Of a DNA stretch of 35,524 nt, positions 1 through 8,929 are shown piece after piece. The translations under genes were made by a program, and so were the position numbers. How positions within the stretch are numbered: the first letter of the stretch is position 1; the number at the start of each line of letters is the position of its first letter. The notes below the pieces were generated by a model. That model was not told the origin of the DNA and did no database searches. It saw only the letters and a list, made by a program, of their open reading frames with translations. This stretch comes from an uncultured bacterium. Its GTDB lineage: Bacteria > Schekmanbacteria > GWA2-38-11 > J061. The DNA is taken from assembly GCA_964549305.1 (NCBI GenBank), contig CAZJVM010000025.1:1-35524 (forward strand), written 5' to 3'.

Positions 1-112
1 GGCAAATCAACGAACAAGCACATTCTGCCTGCTTCCTCGTCTACTATCCACATCTTACATTCGCTTAGTGCAAAGTAAAATGAGAACATATTTTGTATTA
101 ATAAAACAACTG

Positions 113-141
113 TTGACAATTGTAACCTTGGTGGTTACATT
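113..141 (+). promoter_or_regulatory. sigma-70-type promoter of higBA with overlapping palindromic operator
   Basis: TTGACA (113-118), 17-nt spacer, TACATT (136-141). Perfect inverted repeat TGTAACC-N5-GGTTACA (121-139) lies between and over the boxes, as expected for HigA autorepression. Confidence 0.75.
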
Positions 142-149
142 AATAAATA

Positions 150-428
150 ATGATTAAAAGTTTTGTTCATAAAGGGATGGAAGATTTTTTTTATGATGGG
201 GTTAAAAAAGGTATAAATCCCCAACATACAGGAAAACTGGCTGATATATTAGACAGACTTCATGCGGCACGAGATATTAGGGACATGAAATATCCGGGTT
301 CAGATTTACATCAGTTAAAAGGCAAAAAGAAGGATTTATGGGCTGTAAAAGTAACAGGCAATTGGCGAGTTGTTTTCAGCTTTAAAGAAGGCAACGCCGA
401 AAATGTAGATTACTTAGATTATCATTAG
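150..428 (+). CDS. higB: HigB (RelE/ParE-superfamily) toxin
   Basis: 92 aa. MIKSFVHKG N-terminus, LHQLKG...WAVKVTGNWRVVF and DYLDYH C-terminus are typical of HigB killer proteins. The toxin lies upstream of the antitoxin. Confidence 0.95.
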   Translation: MIKSFVHKGMEDFFYDGVKKGINPQHTGKLADILDRLHAARDIRDMKYPGSDLHQLKGKKKDLWAVKVTGNWRVVFSFKEGNAENVDYLDYH

Positions 429-440
429 GAGAATGACAAA

Positions 441-740
441 ATGAGAATTAGAAAAAGACCTCCCACGCACCCCGGTGGAATATTGAAAAGGCAGTATATT
501 GAACCGCTATCTTTAACTATCTCTGAACTTGCAGAGACACTTGGGGTATCAAGAAAAACATTATCAAAAGTTGTTAATGAGCATAGTTCAATCACTCCGG
601 ATATGGCTCTGAGATTATCAAAGGCATTAAAAACTACACCTGAGCTTTGGCTGAATCTACAACAGAATTATGACTTATGGCATGCTTCCCATAATTCAGA
701 TGATTGGAGAATGATAGAAGAAATCACAATACAGAGTTAA
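441..740 (+). CDS. higA: HigA antitoxin (Xre HTH)
   Basis: PTHPGGILK, HTH ISELAETLGVSRKTLS, ITPDMALRLS...TPELWLNLQQNYDLW. SD AGGAGA at 427-432. Confidence 0.95.
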   Translation: MRIRKRPPTHPGGILKRQYIEPLSLTISELAETLGVSRKTLSKVVNEHSSITPDMALRLSKALKTTPELWLNLQQNYDLWHASHNSDDWRMIEEITIQS

Positions 741-751
741 AAATAGGAGTC

Positions 752-1191
752 ATAAAAAAAGCGGAGTCAAGTCATTCAAAAAAAGCAAAGTCAATTAAAT
801 CCACTTTGATTGCTCCCTGTGGGATGAACTGCCGTTTATGCCGTGCGTTCATCAGAGAAAAAATGCATGTCCTGGTTGTCGAGAAGACGATGATCTCAAA
901 CCGAAAACTCGCGTCATATGTAAAATCAAAACTTGTGACAAATTAACGAAAGATAAAATCAAGTACTGCTCAAGTTGTGACAGCTTTCCATGCACAAATC
1001 TGAATCATTTGGACAAGCGTTACAGAACAAAATATGGTATGAGCATGATTGATAATCTTGAGAATATAAAGCATTTCGGCATACGAGATTTCGCCAGACA
1101 AGAAAAAGAAAAATGGGCATGTTCAAAGTGCAGTGAGACAATTTGTGTTCACAAAGAAAGCTGTATTTTTTATGGAAATAAATGGCGTTAA
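752..1191 (+). pseudogene. Frameshifted Cys-rich DUF3795-type protein
   Basis: LIAPCGMNCRLC (frame of ORF 704-946) joins NACPGC...CKIKTC...YCSSCDSFPC...LDKRYRTKYGMSMIDNL (frame of 838-1191) if one A is added to the A6 run at 858-863. The presumed start is ATA (752) after AGGAG. Confidence 0.75.
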
Positions 1192-1220
1192 CTATTCATT
1201 CTTTAAACCGGGGATGACGG

Positions 1221-1889
1221 ATGAAACTGGTTGCCATATTGGGAAGCCCGCGGGGAATTAAGCATTACACGGGAACACTATTAAATGAAGTTTTAAGCTC
1301 TGCAAAGAAAGCGGGCGCGGAAACGGAAGTTTTTCAATTAAATGACGACACGATAAAAACCTGTAAGGGATGTCTTGAGATATGCCACACAAAGGGTGAG
1401 TGCCACCAGAATGACAATTTTCCTGCAATGAAAAGAGCAATGCTTGAAGCAGACGGAATAATATTTGCAACGCCTAATTATATCTTCAGCGTTTCAGCAC
1501 ATATGAAAGCATTTCTTGACCGTTGCGGATTCCTGATTCACTGCCAGCAGTTAAAAGGAAAATACGCCGCATCTGTTGTTACATCAGGAGGGTCTGACCC
1601 TGCAGTTGTTGAAAATTATCTTGAAGATGTAAGCCTCCACTGCTTCGGATTCAGATACCTGGGAAGCGTTTCTGCCGTCGAATTACAGCTGACCGACCCC
1701 GATGAGAGAAAAAACGTGATGAAATCCGCCACCGACTTGGGAGAGCGAATCGTGAAAGCGATAAAAAACAAGGAAACAATTCCCGAGCAGGAAGAGGAAA
1801 TAAATCAAACCTACGAGATTTATAAATATATGGTAATGGTGCTCAAGGACAGATGGCCTGTTGCCTGGGATTACTGGAATTCAATATAA
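1221..1889 (+). CDS. Flavodoxin-fold NADPH-dependent FMN reductase / iron-sulfur flavoprotein (Isf-like)
   Basis: ILGSPRG FMN loop, compact Cys motif CKGCLEICHTKGEC, ADGIIFATPNY, MKAFLDR. Confidence 0.88.
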   Translation: MKLVAILGSPRGIKHYTGTLLNEVLSSAKKAGAETEVFQLNDDTIKTCKGCLEICHTKGECHQNDNFPAMKRAMLEADGIIFATPNYIFSVSAHMKAFLDRCGFLIHCQQLKGKYAASVVTSGGSDPAVVENYLEDVSLHCFGFRYLGSVSAVELQLTDPDERKNVMKSATDLGERIVKAIKNKETIPEQEEEINQTYEIYKYMVMVLKDRWPVAWDYWNSI

Positions 1890-1925
1890 ACAGAAGATAT
1901 ATCAATGGAAATCATCAATTGATGA

Positions 1926-2286
1926 ACTGACAAACTGCAAATGCCGCCTGTAATGAAACATGACCACAAAGAAATGTTGAGGGAAGGTTTTTGCAAACTT
2001 TCCGACTGGGCGAAGTATTTTGACTCGGGATTTTCATTCGATCTGAATTATGACCACAAATACGAACCGCAGTTGCATGAGGCATTTATCGATTATCTGA
2101 ATATTTATCTCAAATTCGTGAAGGAAGCCGAACCTATCCAAGACGAATAGATTTGCAATGAACTAATCGAATACAAAGGATATTATAAAAAATTTTATAA
2201 GGGGAAGTGACCCCGGTGCGGGTTCTGCTACTGCATTCTTCGGAAAAGAATGGGCAGAAAGACTCTTTAAAGATTTTCCTTTTTAA
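1926..2286 (+). pseudogene. C-terminal remnant of a ferredoxin-dependent bilin reductase (PebB/PcyA/HY2)-like gene
   Basis: ORF 1941-2150 gives LSDWAKYF...EAFIDYLNIYLKFVKEAEPIQDE. Reading through TAG 2148 gives ICNELIEYKGYYKKFYKG, and a +1 shift near the G run at 2201-2204 gives DPGAGSATAFFGKEWAERLFKDFPF* (2209-2286). This matches the FDBR C-terminal pattern AF.DYL..YL..V..AEP...DP.......FG.EW.E.....F.F. Confidence 0.65.
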
Positions 2287-3635
2287 TTTCCTCTTATTGT
2301 CGCTTTTACTGCTTTTGCCGCGTTTAATCTTCCGCCGCTTGCCGTTTTCTCCGTGAGGGAATCTAATTTGTCGGAGTTTTCGAGGATTATTTTTCTGAGT
2401 TTCTTCACCTTAATCTTTGGCTTCACTGAAATGATTAAAGCCGCAACGCCAGTTACAAAATTAGTGGCAAATGAAGTCCCCTGAACATATTCGTAGAGTT
2501 TTCCCGTTAGACTTTCCGATGAGGTGGTTATTATATCATCTCCCGGGGCGCCTATATGAACAGAGGTTTTCCCGTATGCCGCGAAGAAGGAAAGCCCGTC
2601 ATTAATATCTGTTGAGGTTACGGAGATAATATTCGGCAGGTCGTAGCTTGCGGGATAAAAGGGATTTGAGTCATTGTCGTATGAGCTGTCATCCACAGAT
2701 GCCACAAAAAGAATGTTGTTCTTCTTTGCCGTCTTTATCGCTGCACGCATTATCTCCGAGCTTTTATTGTCGCCGAAACTTGCATTGATTATGTTCACTT
2801 TTTTATTTATTGCATACTCGATTGCCTCGACTGCCTCATCGAGTGTAGGGCTGATTTTTAGTATCATAAGCCGCGCTTTCCGGTTAATTCCCGCGATTCC
2901 CGTCTTATTATTTGTTGTCGCGGCGATTATTCCGGCACCATTTGTGCCGTGGGAAAAAAACTGAATGTCGTCCGACGGGTCATTATCGTCATTAACAAAG
3001 TCCCAACCGTTTATATCGTCCACATATCCGTTGCCGTCGTCGTCTTTGAAGTTTCCTGCGACTTCACCCTTGTTTGTCCAGAGATTGGCCTTTAAGTCCG
3101 GATGTGTAAAGTCCATTCCCGTATCTATAAGAGCGATTTTGATCTTTCTCTTACCTGTTGTTCTTTTCCAGGCATTGTTGATATGTATGTCCGCTTTTTT
3201 CAATCCCGATACGGGTCCCGTCAGTCCGTTGATTTCCTGACCTCTGTTTTTCAATCCCCACTGTTGCGAAAACTCGGGATCGTTTACCGTAATTTTTTTT
3301 CCGGTAAATCTCATTTTGAAATTTTTTTCCGCTATATCAATAAGAGGGCTTGACTTCAGTTTGTGAATTGCCCTTTCCGCGGATTTTTCATCGGGAAAAC
3401 TTAATACTTCAATCTCCGTTGACCGTAACCGGAGTATTTTTTCCCCTGCGGTTTTTTCGGGAATAATGGCTCTTAATGCCCTGTATGATTTTTCAGGGGA
3501 AATACCCCGTTTAAACCTCACTAGAATCTTGCTTGGTTTATTTTCGTTAATCACCAGCGGGTATGAGAAATTGGGTGAAATTAAAGATAGTGAAAAAAGA
3601 AAAATCAAAATAAATAATCCGAATTTTTTGTTCAT
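2283..3635 (-). CDS. Secreted subtilisin-like S8 serine peptidase with propeptide
   Basis: Signal peptide, propeptide, triad motifs IDTG / SHGT / GTSFA, Ca-binding insert DDDGNGYVDDINGWDF, YPASY, GGRLNA. Confidence 0.93.
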   Translation of the reverse strand: MNKKFGLFILIFLFSLSLISPNFSYPLVINENKPSKILVRFKRGISPEKSYRALRAIIPEKTAGEKILRLRSTEIEVLSFPDEKSAERAIHKLKSSPLIDIAEKNFKMRFTGKKITVNDPEFSQQWGLKNRGQEINGLTGPVSGLKKADIHINNAWKRTTGKRKIKIALIDTGMDFTHPDLKANLWTNKGEVAGNFKDDDGNGYVDDINGWDFVNDDNDPSDDIQFFSHGTNGAGIIAATTNNKTGIAGINRKARLMILKISPTLDEAVEAIEYAINKKVNIINASFGDNKSSEIMRAAIKTAKKNNILFVASVDDSSYDNDSNPFYPASYDLPNIISVTSTDINDGLSFFAAYGKTSVHIGAPGDDIITTSSESLTGKLYEYVQGTSFATNFVTGVAALIISVKPKIKVKKLRKIILENSDKLDSLTEKTASGGRLNAAKAVKATIRGN

Positions 3636-3822
3636 TTATTTTTGAGAAAAATATGTTGTCTAAGCTTTTGAAAACTAAATCTTTATATTCACTTATTAGG
3701 AAAAATGTTTCAGTTTTGCAATATTTATCTTGACATATACATCATTAAATAGAATTTTATCAATCATATGTCAGAGGGAATTTTAAAAATGTTTTTCAAT
3801 TTTTTAAAAGGGGAGGAAATGT

Positions 3823-6800
3823 ATGAGTGCGTTAATCAGGAAGTATAGGATGCTGTTTGTTTTGGCAGCTTTATTTTCCGTAGCAATGTGGATGGGAAAT
3901 GATTCAGCAGAAGCACGTAAGAAAGGGAAGAAGCGCAAAAGAGCGGTCATCTCAGTCGATACTGCGAATTTAAACTTTTCCGGTAATGTAGGCGATTCAA
4001 TTCCCAACAAATTGGTAAAGGTAAAAAATGTTACCAAATCCAAAAAGAAAAAAAGCAAGTTTTTGAAATGGTCGGCATCTTCCGATGCGTCCTGGTTGTC
4101 GGTATCTCCTTCAAGCGGAAAAGTTAAAAAAGGAAAAGGTTCTTCCAAGCTGAATGTCTCAGTCAATACGGCAGGCCTTTCTCAGGGGACACAAACCGGA
4201 AAGATTACAATTACCGGCAATGCAAATCCAGTAGAGGTAAATGTCACTTTAAATCTTACAGTGAATCAGGCAGGTTGTTCTTACAAAATATCATCTGCAA
4301 ACGAGTTTGTTGATTTCGTGGGCGGAACAAGCAGCTTTAATGTGGAGACAGCGACCGGGTGTCAATGGACCGCTCAAAGCAGTGCCGACTGGCTGACCAT
4401 CACATCGGGGGCAAGCGGAAGCGGAAACGGTACCGTGCAGTACTCTGCCGCGGCAAATAACAGCGATACCCCGCTGTCGGCAACAATTTCCGTTGCGGGA
4501 TTGACGCACAGTGTCGCGCAGAACGCAAGGGTTACACTGAGAAGTTCCGTACACGGAATTGTGCAGGAAGTTGCTACGGGTTCTCCTGTTTCAGGCGCAA
4601 CAGTATATCTAACTTATGATAAAGACGGGAACGGTGTCGCCGATACCGTAACATTTACCACAGGTGCATCGGGTGAATTCCTTTTTGCGGATGTGCCTGT
4701 TTTAGGCGGAAACAACAGCGCGGGTCTTGCAATAGGTCCCGGCGCAAATGCTTATACCATAGTAGTTATTGCAACTGGTTATGCCACAAGTTACGGTTCC
4801 GTTTTTCCTTTTTATAATGCATTGATAGGAGACGGCACGATTACAAACTCAGGAGATTTGAATCCTGTTGTAGTTTCAAATCTTGCAGTTGATGCAGGAA
4901 TCATTTCACTCAGAAGACCGGGGGCAACGGCAACGGGAAGGGTAATTGACGGTGCATCGGGAGTGCCCTTATCAGGTGTAACTGTGAAAATCGCTCCTGT
5001 CGCTCCTATTACTCATGACATCATAACTGAAAGCGCAACCACTAATTCAAACGGACGTTTCACCTTTACTGATGTTCCGGAACTGGGAAGCTTTTCATTT
5101 GTTGCATCTCTGTCCGGATATACTACTTCTTCACCGGTTGGAGGTACTGTCGGTTCGAAAGATACCATATTGAGGATTGATTCAAATGTAGGAGATGTTG
5201 ATCCTGAAACGCCTATTCCTCTTTTGCCTATCGAGCCCGTACCTGATTTGAACCCACCTCATATATCGTCCACGAGCATAAATCCCGGACAGGCGCTTAC
5301 GCCGAGCGAATTGGCTGGTCCTTTTACATTTACCTGGTCTGAACCGATGGATTCCAATGCCGGCAAGTTAATAATCAATACGCTTGGCTTTAAGGGACTC
5401 GTTCCCGCAACGGGCAGTTGGGATTCAGGTAAAACGACATATACACTGACACCTGTAAACTCCATTCCAAAAGGGATGATATTCGAAATAACGGGTTTCT
5501 CTTCCTTCAGGGATGCAAATAGCAACTTCTATAATGGTCAGAAATCTGTCGGAACAAATGATAATTTCCTTGCGCAGATTTGCGGTTCTTTGACTGCCTG
5601 CTCTTCTGCTGTGGATACGGATTCAAGCGGGGTTGTTGAAATAAACGAAATTACCGCGCAGCACCTGTTAAGATTTTCGGCAAATGGAGATCCGGCACTG
5701 CTTACACCTCAGTCGCTTGCACAGGATTCGCCATTGACTGACACCCTTACAGGACTTGTTCAAAGCACGGCTAAAAACGCAAACAACGAGAACAACCTTG
5801 CCGCCACAGATAATCAGGCAAATGGATATACTCTTGCAGGTACGATTGCGGGAGCGACTTCCCTCGGTTCGGGAAATCCCATAATGGGTGATGCTCTCAA
5901 CGAGTCTGATTCCATCAATCTTTCGTGGTCGCCTCCTGTAACGGATACGGCAAGAGCATATAATATTTATGCGGAACACAGCACAGGCGGTTTTATCAAC
6001 GGACTTCCCGTTCAGGTTCGCGCGGGAGCGAAATCAGCCAACCCAGATGAAAAAACGGGAACAACCCCAGTTTCTTTAAGTGCAATTCAGACTGCAATCG
6101 GAACCTTCAATACAATAGCTACAACACCAATACCGACAGTTACATCAAAGAACACGAGCACGAGCACTTCAAGAGGCGCTATTGCGGGAACACTCGGTTT
6201 CTTCGACAATGGTTTCTCGGTAAATATGGGAGTAACTGCGATTAATCAAAACGGCGATGAAGGACAGTTCTCAAATATAATTATCGCAAATGACAACACT
6301 CCGCCAATGGTAAAGGAACAGGCAGATACAGTTGCAGGCGGAGTAAACGGTTTTGGATGGTCTGCACTATCGGCTACGAACACTAAACAGCGTCCGCTCT
6401 TTCTCATCAGTGATTCATCAACGGCAGGTGCCGGAACTCCTATTGTGGATACAGGTTCAGGCGCGGCAGACAGCCTTATAAAAATCAACCCGACTACACA
6501 TCCTAGTTCTACATACGGCGCTTCTGAGTGGACGTCATTTCTTACAGGAAAAGACGTATCATTTACCGTAACCACAAACGAGGATTTGTCGAAAACGGTT
6601 ACGCCAACTATTTCAGTTACCGATTCCGCGGGCACGCCGAGCGCCATTACGGCAACGGTTGCCATCGATAAAGTGTCGGGACTCACAGAAGATGACAGCA
6701 ACAGGGAACTCAAAGTTACAATGTCAAAGGACGGTCTTGCAAAGGTTGTTTCCGGAGACAGACTGAGCATTGGTGTGACGGATGAAGCAGGAAACAGCGG

Positions 6801-7653
6801 AATTTCAGAACTTCAGCTTGTTGACGGCAACGGTCCTTTCATAACATCTGCAGCGACCGGAAGAGTTGTGGCAGGGTCTCTAATAACCGAGACATTGACG
6901 GTTACCTTCTTCGAGCCGGTTACCAAAACAGATGCGGAGGCAATCGGAAACTGGACAGATGTCAACAGTGCGGCAGGCGGATTTACAAGTGATACGGTAA
7001 GTCTTTCATCAGACAGAAAGACTGCAACGCTTACAGCAAGCGCGCCCGGCTCAAAACCCAATTCTTCAACCGGACAGGGTGGCGCGGCAGGTGATTATGA
7101 CGGTTTTATCGCGACAACATCTACTGGTTCGACTCCTATAATTGCTTCAGGTGTAACCGATGATTCGGGAAACTTTTTCACTGCTCTCGGGTTTAATGTC
7201 ACTGACGGAATAAAACCGAGAGTGATGTCAACTCAAGATACGAATGCAGGCGGTGCAGGCGAAATTAACAGCACAGCTCAATCAGATGGTGATGGTATAT
7301 GGTCTGTAGATGATGATGCAAGTGCAAATGCCGACACATACAACATAAGACTTGCATTTACAGAAAATATTTTTACTGCATCTGAAGTGGCTTCATCAGT
7401 ACCGACAACAAAGGTAAGCGCTACAATATCAGCAACAGGAACAGCGGTTTACAGTGCTGTTGCGGCAAAAACCGTAGTTGGGCAGCAAAGCCAGGTTGAT
7501 CTTACTTTTTCAATTACAGGAAGCGTCGGAGTTGTTGCAGCAGGTGATAAACTCAACATCTCTGTTACCGACCAGGCGGGAAATACAGGTTCCAATATAA
7601 TTTTGGAACTTGGCGCCGCCGCTGCGGGACTTTCGAATTTTGTAGGCGAATAG
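3823..7653 (+). CDS. Large secreted surface protein (S-layer/adhesin-like): BACON-type, carboxypeptidase-regulatory-like and SbsA/Ig-like domains
   Basis: SD GGGGAGG, signal peptide ending SAEA. Two BACON-like units (WSASSDASWLSVSPSSG; CQWTAQSSADWLTITSGASGSGNGTV), two G.P.SGATV/T...G.F.F.DVP units, FTWSEPMD Ig-like unit, and a Thr/Ser/Gly/Ala-rich C-terminal half. Confidence 0.8.
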   Translation: MSALIRKYRMLFVLAALFSVAMWMGNDSAEARKKGKKRKRAVISVDTANLNFSGNVGDSIPNKLVKVKNVTKSKKKKSKFLKWSASSDASWLSVSPSSGKVKKGKGSSKLNVSVNTAGLSQGTQTGKITITGNANPVEVNVTLNLTVNQAGCSYKISSANEFVDFVGGTSSFNVETATGCQWTAQSSADWLTITSGASGSGNGTVQYSAAANNSDTPLSATISVAGLTHSVAQNARVTLRSSVHGIVQEVATGSPVSGATVYLTYDKDGNGVADTVTFTTGASGEFLFADVPVLGGNNSAGLAIGPGANAYTIVVIATGYATSYGSVFPFYNALIGDGTITNSGDLNPVVVSNLAVDAGIISLRRPGATATGRVIDGASGVPLSGVTVKIAPVAPITHDIITESATTNSNGRFTFTDVPELGSFSFVASLSGYTTSSPVGGTVGSKDTILRIDSNVGDVDPETPIPLLPIEPVPDLNPPHISSTSINPGQALTPSELAGPFTFTWSEPMDSNAGKLIINTLGFKGLVPATGSWDSGKTTYTLTPVNSIPKGMIFEITGFSSFRDANSNFYNGQKSVGTNDNFLAQICGSLTACSSAVDTDSSGVVEINEITAQHLLRFSANGDPALLTPQSLAQDSPLTDTLTGLVQSTAKNANNENNLAATDNQANGYTLAGTIAGATSLGSGNPIMGDALNESDSINLSWSPPVTDTARAYNIYAEHSTGGFINGLPVQVRAGAKSANPDEKTGTTPVSLSAIQTAIGTFNTIATTPIPTVTSKNTSTSTSRGAIAGTLGFFDNGFSVNMGVTAINQNGDEGQFSNIIIANDNTPPMVKEQADTVAGGVNGFGWSALSATNTKQRPLFLISDSSTAGAGTPIVDTGSGAADSLIKINPTTHPSSTYGASEWTSFLTGKDVSFTVTTNEDLSKTVTPTISVTDSAGTPSAITATVAIDKVSGLTEDDSNRELKVTMSKDGLAKVVSGDRLSIGVTDEAGNSGISELQLVDGNGPFITSAATGRVVAGSLITETLTVTFFEPVTKTDAEAIGNWTDVNSAAGGFTSDTVSLSSDRKTATLTASAPGSKPNSSTGQGGAAGDYDGFIATTSTGSTPIIASGVTDDSGNFFTALGFNVTDGIKPRVMSTQDTNAGGAGEINSTAQSDGDGIWSVDDDASANADTYNIRLAFTENIFTASEVASSVPTTKVSATISATGTAVYSAVAAKTVVGQQSQVDLTFSITGSVGVVAAGDKLNISVTDQAGNTGSNIILELGAAAAGLSNFVGE

Positions 7654-7687
7654 AGATATTGTAAGGGTTGTATTGGTATAAGCAATC

Positions 7688-7721
7688 AAAAACCCCCTGC
7701 TTTTTTGGCAGGGGGTTTTTT
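7688..7721. terminator. Intrinsic (probably bidirectional) terminator after the large surface protein gene
   Basis: Perfect 13-bp inverted repeat AAAAACCCCCTGC (7688-7700) / GCAGGGGGTTTTT (7708-7720), 7-nt loop, with A and T tails. Confidence 0.9.
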
Positions 7722-7737
7722 AATGTGAGGTACAAAC

Positions 7738-8853
7738 TTGGCGTTTTTTAAATATAGAAAATTATTTTTCCCTGCACTGCTTCTTATACCGCTTCTGTAT
7801 TTATCTTCCTGCATCAACGGAAAAGGCAAAAACTATGCCATCTTTCGAAATGATGTGACGCGCGCGGGATATGTAAATGAAGACACTTCTTTTTCCGGTA
7901 GTTTGAAGTGGAAGTCGAAAAAATTTTACGGATGGATTACTTCCACACCTGCTGTTAAAGACGGTATTCTCTATTTTGGTACGATTAACAAGACCCTTGT
8001 TGCAGTTGACATTGAAAACGGGAAGGAATTGTGGAGTTGTAAAACAGAGGGAACAATCATTGCCTCTCCTGCTATTTACGGAGATTATCTTTATGTTGGT
8101 TCAGCGGACAAATATTTTTATAAAATAAATATTGATACCGGGAAAATTATTTGGAAGTTCGAGACGGGAAGTTTAATAACTTCTTCTGCCTTTGTAACCG
8201 GTAAAAAGGTTATCTTCGGGTCGTGGGACGGAAAATTGTATGCTCTCGGCCTTGAAAAGGGAAACGAATTGGAAGAGTTTCAGACTTCGGAAAAAATAAC
8301 TTCTTCAGCGGCATTTGACGGAGAGAATATTTATTTCGGTTCCAACGACGGATACTTCTACTGCATAGCGTCAGAAGATTTTAAGCTAAAGTGGCAATTC
8401 AACGCGGAAGGCATAATAGGGTCGACTCCCTCGATTAGCGAAGGCAGAGTTTTTTTCGGCTCTGCAAATAATTATATTTACGCTCTTGATTCTTCAAAAG
8501 GTTCGCTAATCTGGAAGTTGAAGACAAAAGGTATTGTTGACTCTTCCCCCGCAACTGACGGTGAAATGGTTTACGCGGGGTCAGTTGACTGGAAGTTATA
8601 TGCAATTGATGCTGAAACCGGAAAACTAAGATGGAAATTTGGCACAAACGGACCCTTGATTTCCTCACCTCTTGTTTCGAATAATTCAGTCTATATAGGT
8701 TCCGTCGACGATAGTTTTTACTCGATTAACAGGAAAAGCGGCAGGATGAAGTGGAAATTTAAGACAAAGGGCGACATCAAATCATCTCCTGTAATATACG
8801 GCAAAAAAATCTTTATCGGTTCATATGACGGCTATATCTATTGTCTGGAATGA
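7738..8853 (+). CDS. PQQ-like repeat beta-propeller lipoprotein (BamB/YxaL-like fold)
   Basis: TTG start with GAGG SD, lipobox LSSC, about 8 repeats of W.F.T.G.I.SSP....G.VY.GS.DG.LYA.D..TG. Confidence 0.88.
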   Translation: MAFFKYRKLFFPALLLIPLLYLSSCINGKGKNYAIFRNDVTRAGYVNEDTSFSGSLKWKSKKFYGWITSTPAVKDGILYFGTINKTLVAVDIENGKELWSCKTEGTIIASPAIYGDYLYVGSADKYFYKINIDTGKIIWKFETGSLITSSAFVTGKKVIFGSWDGKLYALGLEKGNELEEFQTSEKITSSAAFDGENIYFGSNDGYFYCIASEDFKLKWQFNAEGIIGSTPSISEGRVFFGSANNYIYALDSSKGSLIWKLKTKGIVDSSPATDGEMVYAGSVDWKLYAIDAETGKLRWKFGTNGPLISSPLVSNNSVYIGSVDDSFYSINRKSGRMKWKFKTKGDIKSSPVIYGKKIFIGSYDGYIYCLE

Positions 8854-8929
8854 CTTATTGACAGATAAAAAACTTGAATATTTGCAGGAAATTGATAAAT
8901 TTAATCCATATTCTTTAATTGATAAAAGT

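Noticed and set aside
1-89. Open minus-strand frame running off the window edge (MFSFYFALSECKMW...)
   Set aside because: Too short, with no recognisable motif or SD.
150-2286. Integron cassette array or mobile element (TA pair plus short same-strand genes)
   Set aside because: No attC-like paired core sites, integrase, transposase or terminal repeats could be identified.
3730-3755. TTGACA...TAGAAT promoter upstream of the large surface protein
   Set aside because: The spacer is only 14 nt. A promoter is likely here but the boxes cannot be assigned confidently.
7738-8853. Calling the PQQ-repeat lipoprotein bamB
   Set aside because: The fold fits, but it is not in the usual bamB context and the repeats resemble generic PQQ-like propellers.
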